Of a stretch of 64,000 nucleotides of DNA, positions 1 to 13,654 are shown piece by piece; position 1 is the first letter of the stretch, and every line of letters begins with the position of its first letter. This stretch comes from Podarcis liolepis. Lineage: Eukaryota. The notes below the pieces were generated by a model that saw only the letters and a program-made list of their open reading frames with translations, had not been told where the DNA came from and did not search any database. The translations under genes and the position numbers were made by a program. The stretch lies in NCBI GenBank assembly GCA_965112155.1, contig OZ218105.1; one strand, written 5' to 3'.

Positions 1-545
1 ATCTGCACATAACTATAGAATTGCATTTTGTACCTCCTGGCTATAATATAATTCTGGAAGTGGGATTCTTCAGAGCCATGCTAATCTCTTGGGTGCATAT
101 TGGATATAATTGTGTGCACACTTGTGAATCTTACTATTTTATGGCCGTAAAATAGTGAGAGATTCTGGTAATTTTCCGTTATTAGTGGTTATTAAGTTTG
201 CTTGTGTTTAAGTTCAAATAAGTTTAGAAGGCAAATGAGTAGACACCTTGGTAGATGGGGATTGGGTGGGGAAAGGGGGTTAATATTGGAAAAGGAGGAT
301 TGGTTGAAATGAAAAGCGAGGAGCATCAGTTCCCATTGGGTCAACCAGTGGAGCTGTGTGCATGTGGCTCAAATAGACATAGACTGGAATAATTCCAATA
401 TGGAATATGGAAACTTTTGCCCCAAAACAGATTTGAGAATTTGGATCCGCCCAGTTGTTGTATCGTTTGCTGCTGCCAGGCATCCTTACTTTTGCCCCTG
501 CCATATTTTCAAGCTGTGCATATTTCTGAACAGTGACAGTTTTAA

Positions 546-862
546 GACCCCATCTGCGCTATACCTTGAAATCAGTATCATATAACTTTAAGCAGTTGTG
601 GCCCCCCCAAAGAATCTTGGGAACTGTAGCTGGGAATTGTCCTGAGACTCCTGTTCCATTCACAGAGCTACAATCCCCAGAGTTCCCTAGGAAGAGGGAT
701 GGACTGTTGAACCACACTGAGAATTGTCGTTCTGGTGAATAGAGGTCTCTTAACAATTCTCAGCGCTTTTAACAAACTGCAAGTGGCAATGATTTTTTGG
801 AGGAAGCTCTGGCTGTTTAAAGTGGTATGACACTGCTTTAAATATATAGTGCAGATGGGGTC
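546..862. mobile_element. Non-autonomous PIF/Harbinger-like MITE
   Basis: Terminal inverted repeats GACCCCATCTGCGCTATA / TATAGTGCAGATGGGGTC, flanked by TAA (543-545) and TTA (863-865), the TWA-type target of Harbinger elements; internal GGGAACTGTAG/CTACAATCCC motifs common in squamate MITEs. Confidence 0.7.
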
Positions 863-1348
863 TTATGCATCAGCAAGCACGCACAATACATCTACAGAGC
901 CAGAAAAGTTCAGAAATGGGAAGCAGTGACAGAAATGAGGCATGGCAGCAGCAAGTCCAGGGCCCTGGGAGAGGGCGGCAGGCCCCTCCCAGAGTCGAAC
1001 CACAGAAGAAGCCATCATGCACAGCCTCATTATGAAGCAGAGACTGGGTATAGATGCACTCTCACTCAGAGTAGACAGCATCAGATGACTAAAGATACAC
1101 CCACACTTCAAAGCCTTGTTTTAAATTTCTGTCTTTATTTGCTTTAAAAAGAGACTGATTCTGCTCTCCACTGAGTGAAGTCCAATACATTGTATAATGT
1201 GACTTAATGTTGTTGAAAGGCTGCAAAGCATATATTTCCCTCTCAGATCGGTTTTTAGAGGGCCTGAGGCCTATTGTGGATTTTTACTAATTGGTTTCCC
1301 CCCTCCTGTTTTGTCTCTTCTTCCTCCTGATGGTCCTGGCACCCCTAG

Positions 1349-2378
1349 GTTTCAAAGGTCAATGGTGTCACTCGAATGTCATCTCCGAGTGCAAACACAG
1401 CCAGTGCCAAAAAGATGAGAGAAGTCAGACCTTCACCGTCCAAAACTGTGAAGTACACTGCAACAGTGACAAAAGGAACTGTCACATACACCAAAGCCAA
1501 GAAAGAACTGGTCAAGGAAACCAAACTAAATCACCACAAGCCCAGTTCACCTGTCAACCATACAATCTCAGGGAAAACGGAAAGTAGCAATGCAAAAACC
1601 CGCAAACAGGTGCTATCTCTTGGAGTGGCCAAGCCCAACAACACCGCTGTTAATGGTGTCAAGGTCAATGGCAAGTTGAACCAAAAGACATGCACTAAGG
1701 AGGTAGGGAGGCAGTTGAGGGAGGGGCTGCGCAATTCAAAAAGGAGACTGGAAGAGGCAAACCACATAGACAAAACACAGTCGCCGACCAAGAAGCTAAA
1801 GGGGCCAGTCAGCGTGGCTGAAGCCCCAAGCAAAAAGGCGCCTGCGGAGAAGCCTTTGCTGAACGGCCACGTGAAGAAGCCTGGAAGTCAGGAAGTGCCA
1901 CAGAAAAGTCTGGAAAGAAACAGGCCGAAGAGAGCTGCTGCTGGGAAGAACATGCCAGGGAAACAAGCACATAGCAAAACTGAAAATGCCTCCTGTGAAA
2001 ATCATTCTACCTCTCAAACCGAGTCCTTGCACAAGCCACATGACTCAACGGGGAAGCACGAGAAGGTCAGCGTCAAGTCTGGGTGGGCCATGATGGAGGA
2101 GATCCCTATCTTCAAGCCTTCCCCAAAGGAGTTCCATGACCCGTTGATATACATCGAGTCGATCCGTGCTCAGGTTGAGAAGTATGGGATGTGCAGGGTG
2201 ATCCCTCCTCCCGACTGGAGGCCCGAGTGCAAGCTGAATGAAGAAATGCGCTTTGTGACGCAAATACAACACATTCACAAGCTGAGCAGGCGCTGGGGGC
2301 CCAATGTGCAGCGGCTGGCCTGTATCAAGAAGCACCTCAAATCTCAGGGCATTACAATGGATGAGCTTCCACTCATAG
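1349..2378 (+). CDS. JARID2: JARID2 (Jumonji) large coding exon (human exon 7 equivalent): basic low-complexity region, JmjN domain, start of ARID
   Basis: cctag|GTT acceptor, ATAG|gtgagt donor; [12 protein letters not shown]...[39 protein letters not shown] (JmjN)...ITMDELPLI; 1030 nt, ends phase 1. Confidence 0.97.
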
Positions 2379-5300
2379 GTGAGTCCTTTGTTGTGTTCTG
2401 TTCTTTTCCCAATTTATAGCAGGTTCCTATTTTGAGCATCAGTTCCTTCTCAGATTGACAGGCCTCCTGTGAAAACTGCAGGACACTAGGCTTCATTCAT
2501 AGCTGATTCATAAGCCAGGTCCAGTGCAGGTGCATACTGAGCTGTTTCCCTGTTATGCTTCGCTTAAACATGTTGATCCTTCTTTGCTGGCTATAGAGAA
2601 ATGTTGTTTTATTTCTCCTAGAGCAAAAGAGGCATATCTGCTCATGTTTCAAGGCTACCTCACGTTATGCCTAAAGAAAATGGTGTAGTCATGCTCATTG
2701 AAGTGTCCCCAGTCTACATTACAGTAGGGTTTTCTGGTGTTTTCCTAGCAAGGTGTGTGTAGCAATGACGCACAGCGGTGCAAACAAGTTAACAATTTGG
2801 TTTAATAACTCTCTTCTCCTTAAACATTCCTCACACGCCACCCCAGTCAACTTTGATTAAGTGATTTCAGTTCAAATAGCTAAATCACCAAAATTACAAA
2901 TTTTCATCGATCTTCAGGCATTTAACAAATCTTGGATGACAAGCATTGAAGTGTAGTTTGTAGCAAAATGGCAGTTTTGTAAACTTACTCAGCAGGTACC
3001 TCTGCTGTGTTTGATTATTTAATTGAGTTGGTTTGCTTTCTGCTATCAGATAGGATGCACATGGTTGTATGTTTTTAAAAGTGGCATACTATTTGGTGAA
3101 ACAACAATTCCCTTTAGAATACTCTTTATTCTTTGGAAGAAGGTCCCTTTTAATCTGTTCTTCCTAAGCAATTTTAAAATTTAATAAATTTGCTAGAGCT
3201 CCTGTTACAGTTGCAAGCTTTAATCAGTGTAATTGCGGAGGTCAGTTTTAATTGATGAGGTCAAATTTTAATTGCTAGGGCTGAGAGATAGCCACAGTTG
3301 TTTTATTTTTGAAGCTGATTTTCATTCTGGAAATTTAAAAAAAAATAGTGAAGATGGGTATTTTCTTCCAGGAATAAGAAATAGTGTTTTAAATTAACTG
3401 GCAAGTTGTAGTAAAAATAAATTGTAATTGGCAGCCTTTGACTTCAGTGGAATGTAAGCAGCCTAATGATAAGTAGGATTCCAGCCTTTATGATACAACA
3501 TTTCCTTTAGTAACTCCTTTAGCATATTGATATTTTGGTTGTATGAAACATTTATTAAAGCTAATCAATAAGATAATTTGTTAAAAGGCAATAGATGATA
3601 GTTGATGTGAAACGCTTTAGTTGTGAAACTGACCTTGTGTGTCTGATTAAAACTGTATGCATGTGTATATTTAGCCACACTACAGATGATTTAACGTTAG
3701 AAGAAGGAGTGAGTATTGGGCTCACACTTTCTTCATCCTTCTCTAGCACAGCTATGAGGAGGAGCTTGGAAAGTCTTGCTTCTCTTTTACAGTATCTGTC
3801 ACTTGATATGTATTCTGAGACGAGATAAACTGAAGTTATTCTTAATTACCGATTCTTGAAACAAGCAAACGTCAAACCATAGTTTGTGAAGCCGGCTTGT
3901 TTCAGCTAACAGTGGTTAAGATTAACTTTAGTTTGTCCCAAGTTCTGCCATTAATTTCAGATGGAAGTGGAAGCTTCTGGTGTTCTGCAAGGGAGTATGT
4001 GAGCCCAAGACTTACTGAGCGTGTTCTATATCCAACCACTGAGTTAATATAAGGATTCTATAGCATTAGTATTTGAAATGCTGTGTAAATGCCATTCCTT
4101 CTGACAGTTTTTATTTTATCTAGGTTCAAAAGAGAGTTCTTTCCCCCCCTTCCTTGCAAAGTTGAACTCAAAATAAACTTCCATTCCTTATCGTTATGGT
4201 TCATATATAGCAAGCATGCTATGAAAGAAATCCAGTCTTACAAAGTAGAGCTGTATTAATAATGTCATGAGTCAAAGAATTGTAGTAAATGCCAAATTTA
4301 AGAGAATGAGCTCTTTAGTGCTTTTATATACTGAGCTGCCTGACACTGTTCGAAGCTTCCCTCATTGCAAGGACCAATGAAAACAAATTAAAATCTTGAA
4401 ATCATTGACAGTGAAATATCAGTTTGCTCATTTCTCTGTCAAATAATCTGCATTCTACCAAATCTCATAATTTGATGACTAGAAGAACCAGCTTTCCAGC
4501 ATAGAAAATAACTTCAATGAGTTCTGAAAGGATGCATAAGTTTTGGATTTTTCAGTGTAAAACAAAAAACCACAGTCAGAAAACAGTTGGCAAAGGCTAG
4601 CCCTGGAAATTGTAAGCACATATGTCAAGTGTTTAAGGACTCTGTGCGTGTAAAAGTTTGCTGAGGATGTTCTGCAGAAGCTGCTTTCAAATGTTTTCCT
4701 GGTTCATGCATTTGCCAAACTGGTGATAGCTTCTATATATGGCAGGGCACCAGGCTTGTCCAAATGCCCCACTTATAGAATGCATTCATATACACCCTAG
4801 GCTGATGAATTTAATATCTTAATTGCAGTATAATTGTACACATGGTCCTGATACTCCACTGCATGTCGTTTCAATGAGCTTGGGAACCAGCCCTTGCAGT
4901 AAACACTTGCCTCTTTCTAGCTCTTATGCTGTGTGCAACGTATCTTACAAACGGGCTGCTTAGCCAACATGCACATACATTGCACTGGATATTTGCAGTA
5001 ACTTTAAACTGGGGCTTATACTTCAGTTTGTAATTCTGAAGACTGCTTGGTATGTGTTCCCTGGTACAGAGTTATCTAAGCTCGAGCGTTAGATTGGACA
5101 TTTGTAGTTTTCCATCATATCATTTGACTAATGAAATGGTGCTGGAAGGGACTTTCTTTCCCCCTTTACATACAAAACCTTCAGAAAGGTTTCTCAGATT
5201 TTTTCCTATGGAATATTACAGGTGATTAGCTAACATGAAATAAACTCTTCCATTACTCTTTTTATCTTTTATTACCTCTGTGCAAGATGAAACTTAATAG

Positions 5301-7297
5301 ATAGTGAGGTTTTAAACAAATTATGGCTGCAAGAAATCCTTCACCACCACCTTAAAATGTAAACAAACTTCAAGCAAGAGCCACAATAAAAAAACCCCCC
5401 ATTCTCACAGCTTTCCGTGTACTTCATACCTGAGGAACAGTTCTGTATAGCTCCAAAGTTTGCATACTGCATTGCTACCTTTGTTTGGTCTAAATAAAAT
5501 GCTACTTTGCTGATGGCACACCAAATTTCAGAAATGTGTGATAGGTTTGTAACCCGTTTAGCGGTGTCCTAATCAAATATGAGTTGTTAGCTTCATCAGT
5601 TTATTATCTCAGATACTGTCCTTCTGAGATGGCCTTTGGTTTTCTGTAATCTTTATGGCAGGTAGAAAGCTATGTATTTGTCTACCCCTTGCCAGCAGAT
5701 AAAGGGGGTTTTATGTAGTGTGTGTGTGTGTTTGTTTTTCTCCTTGGTTCATTCCCCTGGGGGAAAAGGCTCTACCATTTTGCTGATCTTGAACATTTTA
5801 CAACGAGCACAAAATCCGTAGCAGTCGCCTCCTTTTCTTAAGGGTCAGATATCATAAAATTGCTCAAGAAAAGCTACCAAGCCTCATTAAACCCAGAGTT
5901 GGTTTGGCCCTGTTTTTGTGTTGCCTGAAAGCACGCACTCCTTGACAAAACATGGAAGGGCTACTTTCACCTGCAGCAATCACGCCACTCTCTGTGCCTC
6001 CCCTCCCTGCAATGACTTGCCAAAGTTGAAGCATTATTCCATTATCATTTTTTGTCAGTAAGAGATTTTGTCAGCTTTGTAAAGGCACTTTCACATCAGA
6101 TAATGAGCACAAATTAATTACTCCAGGGGTGGGCAGAAGATAGGTCTGCAGGATCTATCACTGAATGACTTGCTGTTAAATAGATCAGCAGCTAAGTAGA
6201 TCTGGCAAACAATTGACTCCCAAATGTTTAAACAATAGCAGCAACAAAATGATGCCTCACCCCACCCCTGGCACCAAAATCCTAAATTATGCTGCAGAAA
6301 TTAAGATAGCTTGGGGGTAACCAGAAGTGGATTTTTGTGTGGAAGAACTGCAAACTCTTATTTTAGCTGTGATACTCACAACAAATTTGGAGGCTCAGAA
6401 TTCTTTAATTCTGAGGGTATGTCTTTTGTACCAAGCTCCTGTTAGTGCATCTCTCAGCACCACTTAAAAGCACTAACCTGCAGTCCACCAACCTATGAAT
6501 TATCCTTTTGATAAATCTGAGCTTCTATGGACAGGTTTTGGACTGGTGTATGCATCACATGGCTGCTTGATAAATGCAGTAACTACAGATCGATCCTGGA
6601 TATTGCATAAATGCTGATCAAGAAACCGTAATATCTTTAGATAGGAAACAGGGGGCACAAAGTACGTTCTGTAGAGTGTGTAGCACAATAGTAATAGTTA
6701 CCACAACAGTGACCTCAAATCCAGTTTGAAGCAGATCTGTGTGGTGCAGTGGGGGCATTAATTTGACTGCAGATGTTTGTAATGGCATTTGCACAAAAGA
6801 ACAACTCTTTCCTTTTTTTAGCTTTAAAGTGCCTTTAAGGCTAGGAGAAAAAGAAAGCAATATTCACATGATGGGGGGGGGGGAGCATCCTATGTGGCAC
6901 AGGCTCAGTTTGCCATTTAGAAAGATACCCAAAGGCAGTTGAAACTTAATGCAGGTGGGCAGGTGAGTGGCAAATCACAAGGCAAGTGCAGTAACTACTA
7001 CGAAAGCCCAGTGATTTTGCAGTGGCTTAATTTCCTTCAGATTCCCTTTTTTTAAAGACGGATGGTCCAGAAATAACACTGACATCTGATTTTCTATATT
7101 GAGGGGCTTTATTCTTCATTCGTTTGCACAGATTTGTTTTCAGTCTTGCTCCTATTTACAGTCCGAAGTGATGCAGCCACTTCCACAATACGTTGGCCTG
7201 GATTGCATACGGTCTGCTGTCACGTTTTCCTAACCATGTTTTTTCTTCCCCCTGTATGTCCTTTCCCTTCCTGTTGTTCCACTTCACTGACACCCAG

Positions 7298-7794
7298 GAG
7301 GATGTGAGCTAGATTTGGCCTGCTTTTTCCAACTGATCAACGAAATGGGGGGCATGCAGCAAGTGACTGACCTCAAGAAATGGAACAAGCTGGCAGACCT
7401 GCTGCGGATCCCCAAAACTGCACAGGACAGGTTAGCAAAGCTGCAGGAGGCGTACTGCCAGTACTTGCTCTCCTACGACTCTCTCTCTGCCGAGGAGCAC
7501 AAGAGACTGGAGAAGGAAGTCCTCTTTGAAAAGGAGGTCCTAGAAAAGAGGAAAGGCCCCCTGGAGGTACATTCGGAGAACAACTACGAATTCCAGTCTC
7601 TCCCCCGGTATGAGCCCAAAAACGGACTCATCAATGGCGTGGTTCATAAAAACGGCTTCCGGAACAAGGCGAAGGAAGTCGAAGTCCCACAGAAAACGGG
7701 CCGGCGGCGACTCTTCTCTCAGGAAAAAGAGACCGTGAAGGAAGAGGAGGAAGACAAAGGCGTTCTCAGTGACCTCCACAAGTGTGTATATAAG
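7298..7794 (+). CDS. JARID2: JARID2 exon 8 (ARID/BRIGHT domain)
   Basis: cccag|GA acceptor, AAG|gtaagc donor; [39 protein letters not shown]...LHKCVYK; phase matches previous exon. Confidence 0.97.
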
Positions 7795-9783
7795 GTAAGC
7801 AAAGCCTTGCCGTTGGCCCTGCTTAGAACGTGCAACCCGAAATGCAAACAGTATTTTTGTCTGCAGTTGCCAGCTCTGATTTAGTGCAAACAGTGGTTTG
7901 GAAGGCTTATTCCTCCTGACGCTGAGCACATCCATTTGCAGAGGAATGTTGACTCCCCCACTCAATTTGATTTGGCAGCCTCCCCACTATTAAGCAGGAG
8001 CTGGCAACCGCTGCTTGCTGTGTAATTGTTAGTGAGGTTGGATTTAGTGAGTGAGGCTGAGCTGCTAAGAGAGAAAGAAATATGGTGTTTATTACGCTGG
8101 TGCCTGTGCCCGGCACACACTGCTTTTTCCATCACTGCTCTTTCTCCTCTCGCTGCAAAACAGGAATCAGGTGCTGCCTGAAATTGGCAACTTCTGGTTC
8201 CTCTGTGCAGAGGCTGTCAGTCTTCAAGAATTGAGGCCTATCTATACATTCCTGTGCCAGATTCTGTTTACTTCTATATTAACCGCATTTGTATTCCTGC
8301 CTTTTTCCCTCAAGAGGTCTGGGCAAAGGATTAATTTACTTTATCTTCTCTACAACCCTGTGAGTGAGGTGAGCCTGTGTGGCTGTGACTTGTGCAAGGC
8401 CACCCAGCAAGTTTAATGTCTGAGTGGGGAATGGGCTTGGCTTTCCCGTGTCCAAACACAACACTCCAGCCACAACACCACACTGTAGGCTCCTCACATT
8501 TGCCTGCCTATGATCAGCTGAAACAGTCTAATTTCCAGGGCTTGCAACAGCAAGCAGCGGAGTTAAAAATCGCAAGAGTTCAGACCTTGGAAGAATCTGC
8601 CCCATCACCCCATGACAGCTTTATAAACTTAAATACCAGGTTAAAATATACACTCAATTACCACTTGAAATGTATTCATTATGATTTAATGTCATTTGAT
8701 AGCTCTTGCTGTAATATGTTTATCCGTGAAACAAATTGGCCTGTTGCTCTTATCAACACCTTCTTCCTGACACCCTGCAGTCGGTCAGGCCTAGAAATTG
8801 GCTGGGTCATTGGACGCCATCACCCCATCACCTGCGACCTGACAGTCCTCATGACTGGCAGCTGCATTTCACAGGACTAGAGTGTGTGGAATAAGTGAGC
8901 AGAGGTTAAGGCTACTTAACTAAGCCTGTGCTTCCTCTTACAGAATCATTTATCGCCACTGAATATTCATGCAACACCTTTATTATACCAAGGGATGTTA
9001 CAGGAGTGTTCCTAAGTCTGTAAAAGATTACATCGTGAAAGTAAAGTACTGTAAGAATGAACACGGCCCTTTTATCAAATTTGTACATATTTAGTAAGAG
9101 TAGACCCATTGAAATTAATGGACCTAAGTTTGATAAAACCTTAGGGTGGGGGGGGGTTATTTATGAAGCATTTTCCTTCAGATCTCTTCAGTTTCCTTGT
9201 GGATGTCTAATTGAGACTGGGGGTTGTTGTTTTTTAATTGAATTAAGGCCTTTTAGTCCACAATCAGTTTGACAGTATAGCTTATATACGTAAGCTATGA
9301 TCTTCTACTTCTGTTTGAAAGTGCATATTTTTAACTCCAGCCAGAAGTGCTGCCACTGTCAGCAAATTCCATAGGAAACTAATACTGCAATTGGAGTCAG
9401 TCTTTCACTTCTGCTAGAGGTAAAAGAAAATCTGCTCAGTCAAATTATTTCTAGTCAGACTACAATAGCTTTGTTTTGTTCTGCTAAACTTATGCAGAAA
9501 AAGAGAGATATGAACTAAATATGTGGTATTAAAAATCCTTTGTACATTTACCTGGTAGTAAGTCAGGTATTACTTATGAGTAACCACACAAAATTACACT
9601 GCAAATCATGATCAAGCCATATGCTTGGCTTCCCATGTAAAGAATTTTTATTGTGTCACAAAATAAAGGGGATTAATTATTCTATCTGGCAATAGATTAT
9701 TTTTTTTTAATGGGGGTAGGCTCCCAGTTTTCCTAATTCTCCTAAAGTCATGGGTTGGATCCCAGACTAAGTTAGTTGAGCTT

Positions 9784-9916
9784 TGTTGTTGTTTAGTCGT
9801 TTAGTCGTGTCCGACTCTTCGTGACCCCCTGGACCAGAGCACGCCAGGCACTCCTGTCTTCCACTGCCTCCCGCAGCTTGGTCAGACTCATGTTTGTAGC
9901 TTCGAGAACACCGTCC
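9784..9916 (-). mobile_element. 5'-truncated Bov-B (RTE clade) LINE 3' end with 11-bp TSD
   Basis: Minus strand ...GCCTGGCGTGCTCTGGTCCAGGGGGTCACGAAGAGTCGGACACGACTAAACGACTAAACAACAACA resembles the Bov-B tail; TAGTTGAGCTT duplicated at 9773-9783 and 9917-9927. Confidence 0.85.
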
Positions 9917-12555
9917 TAGTTGAGCTTAGGTCACATGAAATAAGTGAGACAGTGTATGCAAAGAATCTGTAACCTGCATATATCAACTAGGAGAAATGTG
10001 AAGTTAAAGTCTCCTATATAGATTCCTCCTGTTGCCCATCACTCCTCTCACATCACCTTTTGCCTCTGGGTTATAGTTTGGATGGGAGTCAAGCATCACC
10101 CCTTAAGGGACCAGATTTGGCCCAGGAGGTTCCAGATGCTAAGTTATTTAGAGGAAATTCTCCGACAATGACTCCTCCAAACAAACTATGGGCAGTAAGT
10201 CCAAGAACAAACCTTAGTTTCCACCCTGGGTTTTGGAGGGAAACAACCCACGAGGACTGGCTTGCAGTTAACGCCAAGCAAAAGCTGTGGTTTGTTTCTT
10301 CCCAACTCAGGGCAGGTGGAGCATTGTAGAAGCAATTCTTCAGTGTGCCGTAGCACATTCCTAACCATGGGTTGTTTCTTACTGTGGCTTAACATTACAT
10401 GTGAACTGGGACAGGTATTTGGTTTTCACTTGGGGAATTCTTTAAGTAAGTGTGCAGATGTTTTGAGATGAAATCAAGGAAGAAATATTTTGCAGTGAAA
10501 TGATGACTATTGCAAATCTCCTTCACAATGTTGTGTTCTTTTGAACCAAACAGATAAAATCAAAGTGAGAAAAATTTCTCCCAAATGAATGTAATTTCAG
10601 ACAAAGGCTGGAAAGTGAGAGTTTTCCCTGGAGGGTGCTTTATGCCCAGAGGAAAAATTTAAGAACTAATAAATCGGATCAATTATGACTAATCTTTTTT
10701 ATTAAAAAAACTTGAGAAAACTTCTGCCCTGAGGTAGGGTTGCCACCTCTCTCCGATAGTAACCAGTTCTTGATGATAATTTCTGCCTTTATTTGTCTGG
10801 CAAAAAAACCCCAAACCCCACAGCAAGCACTCCTTAAATCTAGACAGCTGTTTCTCTGTGCTTGTGAGCAGTCTTTGTAAACCCTGAATTACAGACGCAA
10901 ATTTGATGGCTGTTGAATAGCACTTTTGAAGGATGTTTTTTTTGTTAGACTACCCCAATAAATGGTTCACATGGGCAGTAAAAGAGGAAGGAAATTGCTC
11001 ATTTTATTTACAAGCATGCAGCTCTGACATTTAAGAGTGTCTTAGCTCTCCTCCCCTGATGGGCACTTGTAATAGCTTAATTGCCTTGTGTTCATTTCGC
11101 ATTTTATTTTTTATGGGGCAGCTCAACATTTTTGTGTAGTCAGTGGGCCTGAGCTAAGACTTTGATTGGGGGGAAATATTCGGTAGTGTCTGTTTTTGCT
11201 CTGGGAGAAGGAAGCAGAAAACTACTGAGAGTTTGACTCTGTAGTTTGAACTAATTAACTTAAAACTTTTGGTAACACGTGAGCCTTCTCTTTACCCCCA
11301 CAAAGCATATTTTCCATCCCCCAACATTAACAGGTTGGGGTCTGGGATCCAGCCAAGTGTTGAAAATCAGGGAAAACCTTCATTGCATAAGTGCATTGTA
11401 ACTGAAAGCACCTCGAGTCTTTCTGTTCTCAATGAATTGTGGAAAATATCTCTAATCATCAAAACAAAATAGTGGTCTTCATATTCAGAGAGAAAATGAA
11501 GATAGATTTTCAGACAAATAGCTAGCTTCCATTTGTGCATGTTAAAGCACTGTGAGACTGCAAGTTTTAATGTTAAGCTCACGGTGTGATTATTACTCCC
11601 CTTACTGAATGGAAAACCATACATGATCACCACACCTTTGCTTGGGGGGAAAAAGGCACAGTTTGATGTACTTCTAGTTTATGAATTGGAAATGTTTTTT
11701 CATGATTCTTTATTGTGTTTGTGTGTGTTTTTTTAAAAAATCTGATTGAAATATTTACATTTTAGTATTGTACTGGCCTATGGCTAAACGCTAATCAACT
11801 TTTTCAGTTTTGTTTTGGACCTCTGGGGTTAGTCTTTCTTTGGCTACCCAGTTTGAAAGTTCATCTGGTGAAAGATATTTTATTTTCCAACATGTCTGCA
11901 GTTGTTTCCTACAGCTGATTCCAGCTTGTGAGCAAGCATCAACACTACTCCCTTTAAAAATAAGCCTAAATTGGCATCTCAGTTAGCTGCTGGTCCTTAA
12001 AATGAGTCATTCTGATTTCTCTTCCTTCCCCAGGCAGCAGTCTTACACATAGAGGACAACTTTCTCAGGCAACGTGAAGTTAGAACAGAACGCAGGACAA
12101 AATGTATCTGAGCAAGCCCATTTAGAGCATTTACAGTTTCAGTCTGCAGTTAGTGATGGACACCTTCAGCGTCTCATTTTTCTGATCTTAAGCTCAGTTT
12201 GCCCCATTTCCACACCAGTTTGTGATTTTCTTTTTAGAGCCAACACTAAAAATGTGCGTTTTTGTTCACAATTCTGCCTCATATACATATTTTGCAGCAA
12301 TCCCCCCCATATATTATGCATTTCCCCCACTTTTTCTTAATAATGTTGTGCATATTTTTGATTGGTGCTGCCCATGCAATAGATGAGAGAAACTGCAATC
12401 TGGAACATTGTTGGTGTAATAACCCTGTGTCATGATGTATCTATATTTCCAGCCACTCATATCTGCTCTTTATTCATTATTATTTTCATTATTACTGTTA
12501 CTAATGATGGAAAACAACTACCACAGTTTTTCCCTTTTTATGCTTTGGTTTGCAG

Positions 12556-12648
12556 GGAAGGTCTGTTTCTTTAACAACCTTTTACCGAACAGCAAGAAAC
12601 ATCATGAACATGTGCTTCAGCAAGGAGCCTACGGCAGCTGAAATAGAG
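12556..12648 (+). CDS. JARID2: JARID2 exon 9
   Basis: ttgcag|GGA, GAG|gtgagg; [31 protein letters not shown], 93 nt, phase 0/0. Confidence 0.96.
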
Positions 12649-13510
12649 GTGAGGGGTTCCGTAAAGTCAGGGTAGTTCTTTAAACGAGCCACTAGAAGAT
12701 GATTTTCTCCCCGTACACACTAGAGATCCAAACCATCCACAAACGTGCATTTGCCTGGGTAATGTAACATGAGAACTCAGCAGTTAAGCCCTGTAACAAT
12801 TCCCATGATTACAGCAGGTGTTGTGTCGTGTCGTGTCGGTGGGGAATTTCTGCTGGGATCCAAGAAGTCAAGGAAGAAAAAGAGGGCAGCTGCATGAAGC
12901 ACACAGAAAGGCAGATTTTAAAACGGAATTGTGAAACAGTTTATTAGAAAGAAGAACAAGGCTTGCTGAGGAAGAATCAGCATGGCTTCTGCAAAAGAAA
13001 GTCCTGCCTCAAGGACATCAAACATGTAGCCCAAATGCTTCACTGCACTATCTTACCTCTTATGTGAGCCAGCACTTTATTCCAAAGGCTTTCTTTTCCA
13101 TGCGAGGAATAACCATCCTTGGGCAAATGCCAACCCACTACATAAACCAGGCTATCCTAGATACAGCCATTGGTTCAGTGGCAACAGCTCATGGTATATC
13201 CTTAGCAGAAGTTATGCTGGTTGACACAAAGATATTTTATAAACCATTTCCCCTTTGGAGGACCACTTACTCTCAGAATGGACCAAGCAGCAATTTCTAA
13301 ATGGATAGTAATATCATTTTTTATAATGCAAGCATTCGCACTTATCAGGGCTTAGTAATAACATCAGCTAAGAAATTATTATTTGTCAGAAGAGCTATAC
13401 AAAGCTTGCTTTTGGTGTATTTTGAAATATCAGGTGCCCGGTTTCTAAGGAATGAGAATTTGCCTAGATTGAACTCAGGGAAATGGAACTGCACTCTCCT
13501 CTAATCTTAA

Positions 13511-13654
<144 letters not shown>

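Noticed and set aside
3820-4050. AAACCATAGTTTG/GTGGTTAAG-rich segment (similar at 10150-10410) resembling decayed Harbinger-type MITEs
   Set aside because: Could not define TIRs or TSDs with confidence
8392-8880. 162-aa ORF in JARID2 intron 8 (and similar intronic ORFs at 28630, 31621, 35668)
   Set aside because: No recognisable domains or supporting exon structure; lengths are compatible with chance
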